Assembly (NCBI GenBank): GCA_020442475.1
Contig: JAGRKA010000007.1
Coordinates: 491 to 64,490 of the forward strand
Source of the DNA: Alphaproteobacteria bacterium
GTDB taxonomy: Bacteria; Pseudomonadota; Alphaproteobacteria; Micavibrionales; Micavibrionaceae
Direction of reading: 5' to 3'
Length of the DNA stretch: 64,000 nucleotides
The notes below the pieces were generated by a model, which had not been told where the DNA came from, ran no database searches, and was given only the letters and a program-made list of their open reading frames with translations. The position numbers were made by a program, and so were the translations under genes. The number at the start of each line of letters is the position of its first letter. Position 1 is the stretch's first letter. Shown in pieces: positions 9,621 to 18,839 of the stretch.

Positions 9621-10775
9621 CTAGCGCGCTTGTTCGCGGCGGATTTTACGCCATTGCGCGACGTTCCGGTTATGCTCGGCCAGCGTTTTGGCGAAGACAT
9701 GCCCGCCTGTGCCGTCTGCGACAAAGAACAGGAAATCATGCTCTTCCGGATGGATGACGGCCTCTATGGAGGCCTTACCCGGATTAGCGATCGGTCCCGG
9801 CGGCAAGCCGGGATATTTATAGGTATTATAAGGGGAATCAATCTCCAGATCCTTGCGCAACAACCTGCGCCCAAGCGGACCTTTTCCCGCATCGTCATGC
9901 TTGCCGCCGGTCAGGGCATAAATCACGGTCGGATCGGTTTGCAAAGGAATGCCCCGCTTGAGCCGGTTAAGGAATACCCCGGCTACGCGTGCGCGCTCTT
10001 CCGGCTTACCCGTTTCCTTTTCCACGATAGAGGCGAGCGTGAGAACATCTTTTACGGTTTTCAGCGGCTCCGAGCCGCAGGGCCGGGTCATCAAACCAGA
10101 TGGAGCGCTATCTGCTTGTCTGCGTATCCAGAAAGCGCCGGTATTTTGCGAGCTTTCCGCGCTTTTTTCGTCTCCTGTTTCTACAGTGGCTTCGTCAGCA
10201 AGTTTTTCCTTCTCTCCTTCATAAATTTTACATAATTCAATAAGGGTGGATAACATCGCATGGTGTAAACGCAAAAGAAGAGCGTTACGGTTTTCCTCCC
10301 GCCCATAATCATAAGTCTCCGGTAGCAATACCCCTTCCGCAGGCATAGCCATAATCTCTCCACTCAGGCTGTCTACCCCGTTTAAAAGCCGAACAATCTC
10401 ATAACTCGTCAGCCCCTCACGGACAGTCACTGCCCGCCGATAGGTCTTTCCCTCGCGTAAAAGAGCCAGAACGTCTTTCATGCTCGCCCCGGGCGGGATT
10501 TCATACTCCCCGGCTTTGAGATCGGAGGAGGCTTTCAAAAGCCGCGCTGAAAGCTTGAAAATATCTGCACGGGTGATAACCCCGGATTCCTTAAGAGTGC
10601 CGGTAATGGTTCCAAGACCGGAACCGGACTCGACCACGACAAAGACAGGTTCCTGCGCAGGGCCAGGCCTTGTGAATTCATGCGACAGCCACCAGAAAGC
10701 GCCAGCGGCCAAGACGACGGCAATCGTCATACTATAGACGAACAGGCCGAGCAGAATTTTGAGGCGCATTTTCAT
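9621..10775 (-). CDS. mltG: Endolytic murein transglycosylase MltG (YceG-like)
   Basis: N-terminal TM segment, LASIVEKETG, VFLNRLKRGIPLQTDPTVIYAL and SPYNTYKYPGLPPGPIANPG. Confidence 0.9.
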   Translation of the reverse strand: MKMRLKILLGLFVYSMTIAVVLAAGAFWWLSHEFTRPGPAQEPVFVVVESGSGLGTITGTLKESGVITRADIFKLSARLLKASSDLKAGEYEIPPGASMKDVLALLREGKTYRRAVTVREGLTSYEIVRLLNGVDSLSGEIMAMPAEGVLLPETYDYGREENRNALLLRLHHAMLSTLIELCKIYEGEKEKLADEATVETGDEKSAESSQNTGAFWIRRQADSAPSGLMTRPCGSEPLKTVKDVLTLASIVEKETGKPEERARVAGVFLNRLKRGIPLQTDPTVIYALTGGKHDDAGKGPLGRRLLRKDLEIDSPYNTYKYPGLPPGPIANPGKASIEAVIHPEEHDFLFFVADGTGGHVFAKTLAEHNRNVAQWRKIRREQAR

Positions 10776-10788
10776 AGGGCACGAAGAC

Positions 10789-12060
10789 CTAAACGGCCTT
10801 CATCACAAGGGATGCGTTTGTTCCACCAAAGCCGAAAGAATTGGATAAGGCGCATTTAACGCTCTTTTCCTTGGCCACGCCCGGTACGAGATCCAGTCCC
10901 TTGCAGGCTTCCGATACGTTTTCAAGATTGAGCGTTGGCGGCAGAATTCCGGTTTCCATGGCTTTAAGCGTGTAGATCGCCTCCACGGCGCCCGCCGCAC
11001 CCAGCAAATGGCCGATCGCGGATTTAGTCGAAGACATGGACATCGTATCCAGTGCGTTTGCAAAAAGCCGCTTAACCGCGCCGCATTCAATTCCATCCCC
11101 GACGGGCGTAGAAGTGCCGTGCGCATTAATATAGTCGATCTCTTCCGGATTGACGCCTGCCCGGTTCAGCGCAGCCTTCATCGCGCGGAAACCGCCATTG
11201 CCGTCTTCTGCCGGAGACGTGATGTGGTGCGCGTCTCCTGACAGGCCGTATCCCGTGATTTCACCGTAAATCTTCGCGCCGCGCTTTTTGGCGTGCTCAT
11301 ATTCTTCCAGTACGACAATGCCTGCGCCTTCACCGATGACGAAGCCGTCCCGCCCCTCGTCAAACGGACGGGAGGCTTTTTCCGGCGTATCGTTATAGCT
11401 TGTCGAAAGCGCCCGCGCGGCGGCGAATCCGGCTACGCCAAGTCGGCAGACCGCGCCCTCCGCACCGCCTGCGACCATCACATCGGCATCTCCGAAAGCG
11501 ATCAGGCGCGAAGCATCTCCGATTGCATGCGTTCCGGTCGCACATGCCGTCACGACCGAGTGATTCGGTCCGCGAAAGCCGTATTTAATTGAAACATGAC
11601 CGGAGGTCAGGTTAATCAGGGCAGCAGGGACGAAGAATGGTGAAACGCGCCGTGGACCCTTTTCATTGAGCAGCGTTGATGTCTGGTAAATTGTATCCAG
11701 CCCGCCGATCCCGGAGCCGATCAGAACGCCCGTACGGTCAAGGGATTCCTCATCTTCAGGCAGCCACCCGGAATCCTCGACGGCTTCTTTCGCCGCAGCC
11801 AGCGCATATGTGATAAAAATATCGGTTTTCCGCTGTTCTTTCGGTTCGACGAACAGATCCGGGTTAAACGCGCCGTTTTCAGGTGTTTCGCTATCCGTAC
11901 GGGGAATGATCCCGGCAATTTTGGAGGAAATGTCAGAAACGTCGAAATGCTCAATTTTCCGAATGCCGCTTTTTCCAGCCGTCAAAGCGGACCAGTTATG
12001 CGCGACTCCGACCCCCAAAGGGGAGACTATACCCAAGCCCGTAACAACAACACGTCTCAT
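10789..12060 (-). CDS. fabF: 3-oxoacyl-ACP synthase II
   Basis: RRVVVTGLGIVSPLG, active-site VVTACATG, NAHGTSTPVGD and SNSFGFGGTNASLV. Confidence 0.95.
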   Translation of the reverse strand: MRRVVVTGLGIVSPLGVGVAHNWSALTAGKSGIRKIEHFDVSDISSKIAGIIPRTDSETPENGAFNPDLFVEPKEQRKTDIFITYALAAAKEAVEDSGWLPEDEESLDRTGVLIGSGIGGLDTIYQTSTLLNEKGPRRVSPFFVPAALINLTSGHVSIKYGFRGPNHSVVTACATGTHAIGDASRLIAFGDADVMVAGGAEGAVCRLGVAGFAAARALSTSYNDTPEKASRPFDEGRDGFVIGEGAGIVVLEEYEHAKKRGAKIYGEITGYGLSGDAHHITSPAEDGNGGFRAMKAALNRAGVNPEEIDYINAHGTSTPVGDGIECGAVKRLFANALDTMSMSSTKSAIGHLLGAAGAVEAIYTLKAMETGILPPTLNLENVSEACKGLDLVPGVAKEKSVKCALSNSFGFGGTNASLVMKAV

Positions 12061-12081
12061 ATCTTATGTCCTTCTTTTACC

Positions 12082-12219
12082 CGTCATCCCCGCGGCACAC
12101 CGAAGGTGCTTGCACAGCGGGGATCCAGAAAACGACAGCCCGCATAAGCGGGCTGACTTCAGTAGATCCCGTTTGTTGATGCTCATTTTCGCTTTGCTCA
12201 AATTCACCAACAGGATGAC
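12082..12219. repeat. MITE-like compound palindromic element, CGTCAYCCC...GGATGAC family (copy 2)
   Basis: CGTCATCCCCGCGG...CAGCGGGGATCCA...hairpin CAGCCCGCATAAGCGGGCTG...GATCCCGTTTG...CAACAGGATGAC. The architecture matches 5694-5820. It fills the acpP-fabF spacer. Confidence 0.7.
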
Positions 12220-12233
12220 TCTATTTTGCAGCT

Positions 12234-12479
12234 TTATTCGCCTGCATTGTCCTTAATGAAGCTAATCGCATCACCAACAGTCTGGATTTTTTCAGCAGCA
12301 TCATCGGGGATCTCGACAGAGAACTCTTCTTCAAATGCCATGACCAGCTCGACCGTGTCCAGCGAATCCGCGCCCAGATCGTCGATAAAGCTTGCACCTT
12401 CGGCTACTTTGTCTTCCTCGACACCCAGATGCTCAACAACAATTTTTTTCACGCGTTCCGCAATATCACTCATCGTCAA
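12234..12479 (-). CDS. acpP: Acyl carrier protein
   Basis: [17 protein letters not shown]...[20 protein letters not shown], including the phosphopantetheine DSL motif. Confidence 0.96.
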   Translation of the reverse strand: MTMSDIAERVKKIVVEHLGVEEDKVAEGASFIDDLGADSLDTVELVMAFEEEFSVEIPDDAAEKIQTVGDAISFIKDNAGE

Positions 12480-13022
12480 TTCCTAATCCTTGTTTATAAC
12501 CGTATCATTTGTCGGCACTGCACCTTCACAAAACACAGATGCCTGAATCGGGGGAGACTTTATCAGCCCGCACCTCGAATGCAAGTCATTTTATCTGCGT
12601 ACCATATCCTGTGCGTATCCAGAAGTTTTTTAGCATACCGTCGATGGACGGGTGTGGATAAAAACCGGACGTTCATGTTCTGTCACGCCGTACGTGTTTC
12701 CCTCTATCATTCTGTCGGAGACGATGGGTCCAACCTTACTGCGCCGCACAAAATGAAATCCATTAAGCGATTGTTTTTAAAGTACAATTTTCTTATCAAA
12801 AAGCGGTAAAATCTTTAAAAATTTACATAAAAAATTAACTAAATTTTCCTATACTGAAGGAGTAGGCCGAAAAAACATTATGTTAAATTAATAGCGCAAT
12901 TTGGCAAAATGAGAACTCCGGGCATGGGACGCCACCCACAAGGCGCAGTTAAGCTCCGGACATAAAAAAAATAAAGGGCGCACGGCCCTAAGGATGAAAC
13001 CTAAAACGAGGATGGGTGGGCT

Positions 13023-14666
13023 ATGATTGGAACCAATGGTAACGATGCGTTTTTCTTTTCATTCCAGACGGAATATTTGAATACGACGCTGACAAATCCT
13101 TACAGCAGCAAAGAAATCTTGATCGATGAAGAAAAGAACGTCAATACCGGCAGCTATGACGGGCTGGATGGTACTGATATTCTCCTGTTTACGGATTCCG
13201 GGGATGTGTTGTTCCTGACGAACGATGTCGGGATGCAGCTCGTTCACAATATAGAGATGTTTCTTGCGGGCTCCGGCGGCGATATCATCATTCTGGCCGA
13301 TGAGACGGTTGTTTACGGCGACGTTTCCATCTTTGGTTCGCAAGGCGACGATATTCTCTGGTCGAATGCCGGGAATGACTTTATCACCGGCGCAGAAGGA
13401 AACGATATTATAGACGGAGGCCCCGGCAACGATGAGATTCAAGGCAACGCCGACAATGACCAGCTTTTCGGCGGGGCGGGCGACGATCTGATTCTTGGCG
13501 GCGCCGGGGACGATATTCTTTACGGCGGAACGGATCTCGGCCTGCGTGAACTGGATAAGGATTTTCTGGACAATGTGACTTTCCCTGACCTTGTCGAAGG
13601 TGTGAATATTACGAACCTGATCCCGCCCGGCTCTCCGGCGCTCGGCATTAACGGAGAGAATTTAACCGTCGACTTTGACGCGACTACCACTCTAACATTC
13701 CGCGAAGGCTTTGCCGGATACAACAACACGCTCGGCATATATAATGTCGCCGAAGACGGCACGATCAATATGGCGCAAATCCTGTGGGCCAATGTGAAAA
13801 CGGCAGGTATCGATACACAGCATCAGATTGAACTCCCGGTCGGTGAAAATGGCGGACGGTTCGGATTTTTCATCATCGCGGACGGTGATCGTGAAAATAG
13901 TGGCTATGGCGGGTTGGACATTACCGGAGACGGTGTGATCCGCTTTGTTTACGATCTGGGCGGCGCGGGTGAACGCGATGCGCAGATCACAGATGACGGA
14001 AATTTTGTCTCAATCGTCTATGACGACGGCGTTACAAGCCGGGTTCTGGACGGGCCGCATTACCACACGACTTTACGGGGCGGCGATTCTTCGATCAACT
14101 GGGACGGGGAGACACACGCCCTTTCCGGCGTTCTTGACGGCGTAAATCAGGACGTGCTGCGAATCGGGTTCGAAGATCTTCCCAATCTGGGAGACGCTGA
14201 TTTTGAAGACGTACTCTTTGATCTTGATATAGACCGCATTCATATCGATGCCAGCGAACCCGGAAACGACACGTTGGACGGCGGTGCCGGAAATGACATT
14301 ATGTATGGCGAGGCCGGGGACGACACGCTTCTGGTCGGCGAAGGTATGGACCAGATTTACGGCGGCTCCGGGGCCGATCTGATCCGGTACACATTCTTTG
14401 ATGCGTTGGTAGACACGATCTACGGGTTTGAAACTGGCGTGGACGGCGATACGCTCGACCTGTCTTTGATCCTCGAAGGCTATGATGCGCTCACCGATGC
14501 GATCTCCGATTTCGTCCAGCTTGTCGATAATGGCGGCGATACGGAAGTCCATGTCAATGTCGACGGCGATGTGGGCGGCGTCTTTACACAGATCGCCCTG
14601 ATTGACGGCGGTGTAAACGACACGCTGGCGAACTTGATTGATAACGGTAATCTTCTGCTCGCTTAA
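13023..14666 (+). CDS. RTX-type calcium-binding secreted protein with DUF4114-like middle region and T1SS C-terminal target-like tail
   Basis: Nonapeptide repeats (GNDFITGAEGNDIIDGGPGNDEIQGNADNDQLFGGAGDDLILGGAGDDILYGG, and again GGAGNDIMYGEAGDDTL). The middle region FEDLPNLGDADFEDVLFDLDI resembles DUF4114. The C-terminus DTLDLSLILEG...DFVQLVDNGGDTEVHVNVDG...IALIDG resembles the type I secretion target domain. Confidence 0.8.
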   Translation: MIGTNGNDAFFFSFQTEYLNTTLTNPYSSKEILIDEEKNVNTGSYDGLDGTDILLFTDSGDVLFLTNDVGMQLVHNIEMFLAGSGGDIIILADETVVYGDVSIFGSQGDDILWSNAGNDFITGAEGNDIIDGGPGNDEIQGNADNDQLFGGAGDDLILGGAGDDILYGGTDLGLRELDKDFLDNVTFPDLVEGVNITNLIPPGSPALGINGENLTVDFDATTTLTFREGFAGYNNTLGIYNVAEDGTINMAQILWANVKTAGIDTQHQIELPVGENGGRFGFFIIADGDRENSGYGGLDITGDGVIRFVYDLGGAGERDAQITDDGNFVSIVYDDGVTSRVLDGPHYHTTLRGGDSSINWDGETHALSGVLDGVNQDVLRIGFEDLPNLGDADFEDVLFDLDIDRIHIDASEPGNDTLDGGAGNDIMYGEAGDDTLLVGEGMDQIYGGSGADLIRYTFFDALVDTIYGFETGVDGDTLDLSLILEGYDALTDAISDFVQLVDNGGDTEVHVNVDGDVGGVFTQIALIDGGVNDTLANLIDNGNLLLA

Positions 14667-14690
14667 GAGTATAGAGCTTAAGAGTATAGA
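14661..14690 (+). repeat. Exact 15-bp tandem duplication spanning the RTX gene stop codon
   Basis: GCTTAAGAGTATAGA at 14661-14675 is repeated exactly at 14676-14690. The first copy contains the TAA stop (14664-14666). Confidence 0.9.
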
Positions 14691-14739
14691 AGAGCGTTTT
14701 TCACTATCCTGCTTACCTGTTTAACGCTACGGTCTTTGC

Positions 14740-15792
14740 ATGAACGGCGCGACCGATACATTATTTATCCCTTTTAAAAGCGGCAGGCTTGCATGGCCGG
14801 ACCCGGCATCCCGCATATGTTTTTTTGGCGCGCAGCCTCATGAGGACTTATTACGTTTCGATAAAAGCGCCCTAACGCTTTTGCAATATTTCAAACCCTA
14901 CGCCGCCGCATTGGAAGCGCAAGGTTTTGCCGTGTGCACGACCCTTGAAGACGTACCGGAGGCGCTGGATATCGCGCTGGTTTTACCGTCCAAGAGCCGT
15001 CTGGACTCGGAAAGCATGATCGCTGCCGCCCTTCGGGCCCTCAAACCGGGCGGGATGATCTTGTGCGCCGCAGGCAACAAGGAGGGCGGCACGCGCCTTG
15101 CAAAAATATTGCAGCATTTTGGTGTCACGGAGATTGAAAACGTTTCGGCAAATAAGGCCCGTACGGTCTGGGGACGCGCTGAAACGCTTGATTCAGCGGC
15201 TCTTTCCCAAGCAATCCGGCAGGGGAACACGCAGATTGTTTTGGACGGGCGGTTTCACTCCATGCCGGGTCTGTTCGGTTGGGATAAAATCGATAAGGGC
15301 TCCGAGATTTTGCTGCGCAACATTCCGCAAACACTGCGCGGAAAAGGTGCCGATTTCGGCTGTGGGTACGGTTTTCTGGCCTGCGGTATTCTGGAATCTT
15401 CACCGGACATTACAGGCCTCACCTGCCTTGATGCGGAGGCGCGGGCGGTGCGCCTGTGCGAAAAGAATGTCTGCGCTATGCCAAATACCGCTAATTGTAC
15501 GCTTTCTTTCCGCTGGGAGGATTTGACAAAGCCGGTTTCAGGGCTGGAAAAGCTTGATTTTATCGTGATGAACCCGCCTTTTCATGAGGGCCGCAAAAGC
15601 GATCCCGACATCGGGCTAGCCTTCATAGAGACAGCCGCGCGCAGCTTGAAGCAAGGCGGAGAGCTCTGGATGGTAGCGAATGCGGCCCTGCCCTATGAGA
15701 AGGCGCTGGAGCGCCAGTCCGGACAATGCGAAAAGCTCTATGAGGGGCAGGGATTTAAAGTTTTTCTGGCCCGAAATTCGAGGAATTATTGA
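14740..15792 (+). CDS. Class I SAM-dependent rRNA methyltransferase (RsmC/RlmG-like)
   Basis: SAM-binding motif DFGCGYGFLA and the catalytic DFIVMNPPFHEG (NPPF) motif. Confidence 0.75.
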   Translation: MNGATDTLFIPFKSGRLAWPDPASRICFFGAQPHEDLLRFDKSALTLLQYFKPYAAALEAQGFAVCTTLEDVPEALDIALVLPSKSRLDSESMIAAALRALKPGGMILCAAGNKEGGTRLAKILQHFGVTEIENVSANKARTVWGRAETLDSAALSQAIRQGNTQIVLDGRFHSMPGLFGWDKIDKGSEILLRNIPQTLRGKGADFGCGYGFLACGILESSPDITGLTCLDAEARAVRLCEKNVCAMPNTANCTLSFRWEDLTKPVSGLEKLDFIVMNPPFHEGRKSDPDIGLAFIETAARSLKQGGELWMVANAALPYEKALERQSGQCEKLYEGQGFKVFLARNSRNY

Positions 15793-17159
15793 CCGGCAAG
15801 CTTGGTCAGCCTTGCGATATAGAACCCGTCCATTCCGCCGAGCGCAGCCTGATGATAAGGTAAGACCCGCAAATCGCCCTCATCCGTGAGCGATTCGTCA
15901 AACCCGTTGAGTTCTTCCCGTCCGATCGGGATACGCCTTGCGTCCGGGTGCCGCTCCAAAAAGGCTTCGACCTGCCGCTCTCCTTCGCTTTTCTGGAGGG
16001 AACAGGTGCAGTAAACCAGCAGCCCACCGGGTGCCAGCATCTCGAAAGCATTGTCAAAAATCCGTGTTTGGAGCTGTACCAGCCGGTCAATATCCTGTGC
16101 GGTTTTGAGATAAGGCACATCCGGATGGCGGCGGATCGTTCCCGTCGCGCTGCACGGCGCATCAAGCAGGATCAGTGGAACGGGTGCAGGCGGTCTCCAT
16201 GCCGAAGCATCAGAGACGATAACCTTTACACGATCTTCCAGCCGGACGCGGCGTACATTTTCTTCCAGCCGTTTAATCCGCGAAGCTGAGCGGTCTAACG
16301 CGGTGACGTGCGCACCCATAGCGGCGAGCTGCATGGTTTTTCCACCGGGTGCCGCACAGAGATCAAGAACGCTTTGTCCTTCGAGATCAAGAGCGCCAAA
16401 CAGCCGGGCCGGAATTGCCGCCGAAGCGTCTTGTACCCACCAATAACCCTCCTCGAATCCATCCATATCTACGGGCGATCCACCGGACAATTTTCGCAGC
16501 GAGCCGGTTAAAAGCTCTGTGGCCTTAAAGCATCCGGCCCAATAATTTTTGGACTCCGCATCCCGGATTGTAATGTCCAGCGGCGCTTCAGACAAATTGG
16601 CTTTCGCGATTTCAGCCGCCCCGCGCAGCCCGTAATCCTCGATCCAGATTTTAAGAAGCCATTCCGGCGTATTCAGCCGAACCTCGTCCTGCCGCTCGAT
16701 CCATTCCCGCCCGGTCCGGATCATTGTACGCAGCACGGCGTTCACAAAGCCTTTTTGCCGCCCAAGTCCACAAGATTCCGCCAGATTTACAGCCGTATCG
16801 ACCGCCGCGTGATCGGCGATCTCCATAAAGAAAATCTGTGCTACGCCCAGCCGTAAAATATGCTGCAAAAGCGGCGGCTTCGAAGAGGGACGGTCTTCGG
16901 CCCGTTGGATCAGGTCATCGATCTGGCCGCGCCGCCGCAGAACGGTTGCCACCAACATCCGGCAAAACGCCTTGTCCCGCGCCGGGAGCGCCCGAAACCC
17001 TTCCGCCGCGTCCAGCGCGTAATCAAGTGTCTGTTTGCGGTCAAACACATGTTCCAGAACAGACAAAGCCGCCCGGCGGGCTGACAGCCCCTCAAGAGCC
17101 AGCGGCTCTGCGCCCGGATCGTGATCGCCGTAAAGCGCGCGCTCGTCAATTTGCGTCAT
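15786..17159 (-). CDS. rsmB: 16S rRNA (cytosine-C5)-methyltransferase RsmB/Sun family
   Basis: NusB-like N-terminal region, DLCAAPGGKT, LDAPCSATGTIRRHPD and YCTCSL. The start is trimmed to MTQIDE (17159). The track ORF extends to 17213 and would overlap the upstream chorismate mutase gene more deeply. Confidence 0.85.
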   Translation of the reverse strand: MTQIDERALYGDHDPGAEPLALEGLSARRAALSVLEHVFDRKQTLDYALDAAEGFRALPARDKAFCRMLVATVLRRRGQIDDLIQRAEDRPSSKPPLLQHILRLGVAQIFFMEIADHAAVDTAVNLAESCGLGRQKGFVNAVLRTMIRTGREWIERQDEVRLNTPEWLLKIWIEDYGLRGAAEIAKANLSEAPLDITIRDAESKNYWAGCFKATELLTGSLRKLSGGSPVDMDGFEEGYWWVQDASAAIPARLFGALDLEGQSVLDLCAAPGGKTMQLAAMGAHVTALDRSASRIKRLEENVRRVRLEDRVKVIVSDASAWRPPAPVPLILLDAPCSATGTIRRHPDVPYLKTAQDIDRLVQLQTRIFDNAFEMLAPGGLLVYCTCSLQKSEGERQVEAFLERHPDARRIPIGREELNGFDESLTDEGDLRVLPYHQAALGGMDGFYIARLTKLAGQ

Positions 17160-17448
17160 GTTTTTCCCGGCCCTGCGCGATAATCTCGTCTTCCAGCTCA
17201 TGTGCGTAATCAATCAGCATCTCATAGAAACGGCGTACGAACTCGCGTTTAATCCCTTTTTGTGCTGCCAACTCCTCATTGCGCCTTTTGACCTCCTCGG
17301 CACGGGCAGCCTGCACAACCTGCATACCCGTTTGTGCCTTCAGGCGGCCAACGGCCTCAACGACCCGGATGCGCTGGGCCAGAATGTCAATCAATTCGCG
17401 GTCGAGCCGATCTATTTCCGCGCGGTATTCTTCAAGCTTATCCGTCAT
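17146..17448 (-). CDS. Chorismate mutase (AroQ type)
   Basis: LEEYRAEIDRLDRELIDILAQRIRVVEAVGRLK is the typical CM_2 helix with RxxIDxxDxxLxxLLxxR-like spacing. Confidence 0.8.
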   Translation of the reverse strand: MTDKLEEYRAEIDRLDRELIDILAQRIRVVEAVGRLKAQTGMQVVQAARAEEVKRRNEELAAQKGIKREFVRRFYEMLIDYAHELEDEIIAQGREKHDAN

Positions 17449-17500
17449 GGCTGGCGTAAAACCCTTTTCACAGCAAGATTTTCATTCTATATCATGGGAT

Positions 17501-17683
17501 ATGAGCACGAAAAAACCAAGCCCCGAAACAGCCGAAAAACCAAAGCGCCCGCAAAAATCACCTATGCCGGCCCAAAATACGCCTGAAACACCAAAAGAAA
17601 TCGGCGGCTATGCCGATGCAGGCCTCCTCGAGCCGACCCGTTACGGCGATTGGGAAACAAATGGCCGGTGCAGCGATTTTTAA
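17501..17683 (+). CDS. DUF1674 / SDHAF4-like small protein
   Basis: The 60-aa product ends in EPTRYGDWETNGRCSDF, the signature C-terminus of DUF1674 (succinate dehydrogenase assembly factor 4 family). The start is trimmed from the track ORF (17279) to the ATG at 17501. It lies near sdhCDA. Confidence 0.75.
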   Translation: MSTKKPSPETAEKPKRPQKSPMPAQNTPETPKEIGGYADAGLLEPTRYGDWETNGRCSDF

Positions 17684-17777
17684 AAGAGCCTTTCTAAAAC
17701 GTTGGATCTTAGTTGACAGATTAAAGCTTTTAATGATGAACTGGTTTTGTCGTAGCTTTAGATCAGGAATATAAACC

Positions 17778-18353
17778 ATGCCCGGCCTGTTTGATCTCAA
17801 CAATGACATAGCTCGCCTTCATTTTGCCTTTGCCGCTCAGCCGGACGAACAGCAAAGAGCGCGCTATCTTTTGGGATCGCATCATTTAGTAATCCCAGAC
17901 CGCATTGCCTTCGGTGACGATGCTCCTATTATCGATACGGCGAGCTATACTGTCGGCATTGTGATTGCAAAAAAGGAAAGCATGAAAGGTATGAAGCCTG
18001 GTCCTCATGACCTTATTCTTTCAAAACCGTCTTTACACGTTTCGCTCAAGCTTCCTCTTTTGGATGCGTTTAACTATCAAAATTTTAAACCCGGAAATTT
18101 GGTCCTCACGACTATGGGTCAGGATAAGAGCATTCTTTCGTATAAAGAACTTAGGATTATTTACGACATTGCACCGGAAGAAAGGACTGTGAGAACAGCT
18201 CCTTTTGCGGAGGGTGGGTCCACGGCTAACATTTTTTTGCATGATATAAACGATGTTACAGATGTAGTTAAATTCGTTATTCCATCAACGGATACTCTCT
18301 ACAAAAAGGAAATAGAACCACAACTTAACGCGTTGGGTTTCATACCTGCATAA
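17778..18353 (+). CDS. Hypothetical protein (orphan, AT-rich 3' half)
   Basis: 191-aa ORF with no recognisable motif. It sits between the DUF1674 gene and sdhC. Confidence 0.5.
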   Translation: MPGLFDLNNDIARLHFAFAAQPDEQQRARYLLGSHHLVIPDRIAFGDDAPIIDTASYTVGIVIAKKESMKGMKPGPHDLILSKPSLHVSLKLPLLDAFNYQNFKPGNLVLTTMGQDKSILSYKELRIIYDIAPEERTVRTAPFAEGGSTANIFLHDINDVTDVVKFVIPSTDTLYKKEIEPQLNALGFIPA

Positions 18354-18430
18354 ATTCTAGAGTTGCACTTCCGATTATACATCTTATGATGGGGCTGTAA
18401 GAATTTCACCCACTCTTCAAGGCAGCGCTT

Positions 18431-18829
18431 ATGTCTGAAACATCGCCTCAAAAAATGAAACGGCCCTTATCGCCGCATCTGCAAATTTACAAGCCGCAAC
18501 TGACTGCTATCACCTCCATCCTGCACCGCGCGACCGGCTATGCGATGAGCATCGGCCTCGTGCTATTCGTTTGGTGGCTGGTCGCGGCGGCAAGCGGGCC
18601 GTTGGCTTATGCGACTTTTATCGGGTTTTGTGCCTCCGGGATCGGGATGCTGCTCCTGTTTGGCTGGACAATTGCTTTTTACTATCATCTGGCCAACGGT
18701 ATCCGGCACCTGATCTGGGATTCGGGCAAGCTGCTGACGATTAAAAGCGCTTATAAGGCCGGGTATTTCGTTCTAGCCTTCACGGCGGTTGCAACGGCTG
18801 TGAGCTGGATCTGTATTTTAAAGGGGTAG
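18431..18829 (+). CDS. sdhC: Succinate dehydrogenase cytochrome b556 subunit
   Basis: RPLSPHLQIYKPQLTAITSILHRATG plus three TM helices. Confidence 0.92.
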   Translation: MSETSPQKMKRPLSPHLQIYKPQLTAITSILHRATGYAMSIGLVLFVWWLVAAASGPLAYATFIGFCASGIGMLLLFGWTIAFYYHLANGIRHLIWDSGKLLTIKSAYKAGYFVLAFTAVATAVSWICILKG

Positions 18830-18839
18830 GAGCACGATC

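Noticed and set aside
12653-12661. Perfect DnaA box TGTGGATAA, possible oriC
   Set aside because: It is a single 9-mer. About 0.5 chance occurrences are expected in 64 kb on both strands. I could find no cluster of additional boxes and no dnaA/hemE context, so there is no support for an origin here.
12429-12809. 126-aa + strand ORF in the acpP-RTX spacer
   Set aside because: It begins inside the acpP coding region on the opposite strand, has no SD, and has no recognisable motif.
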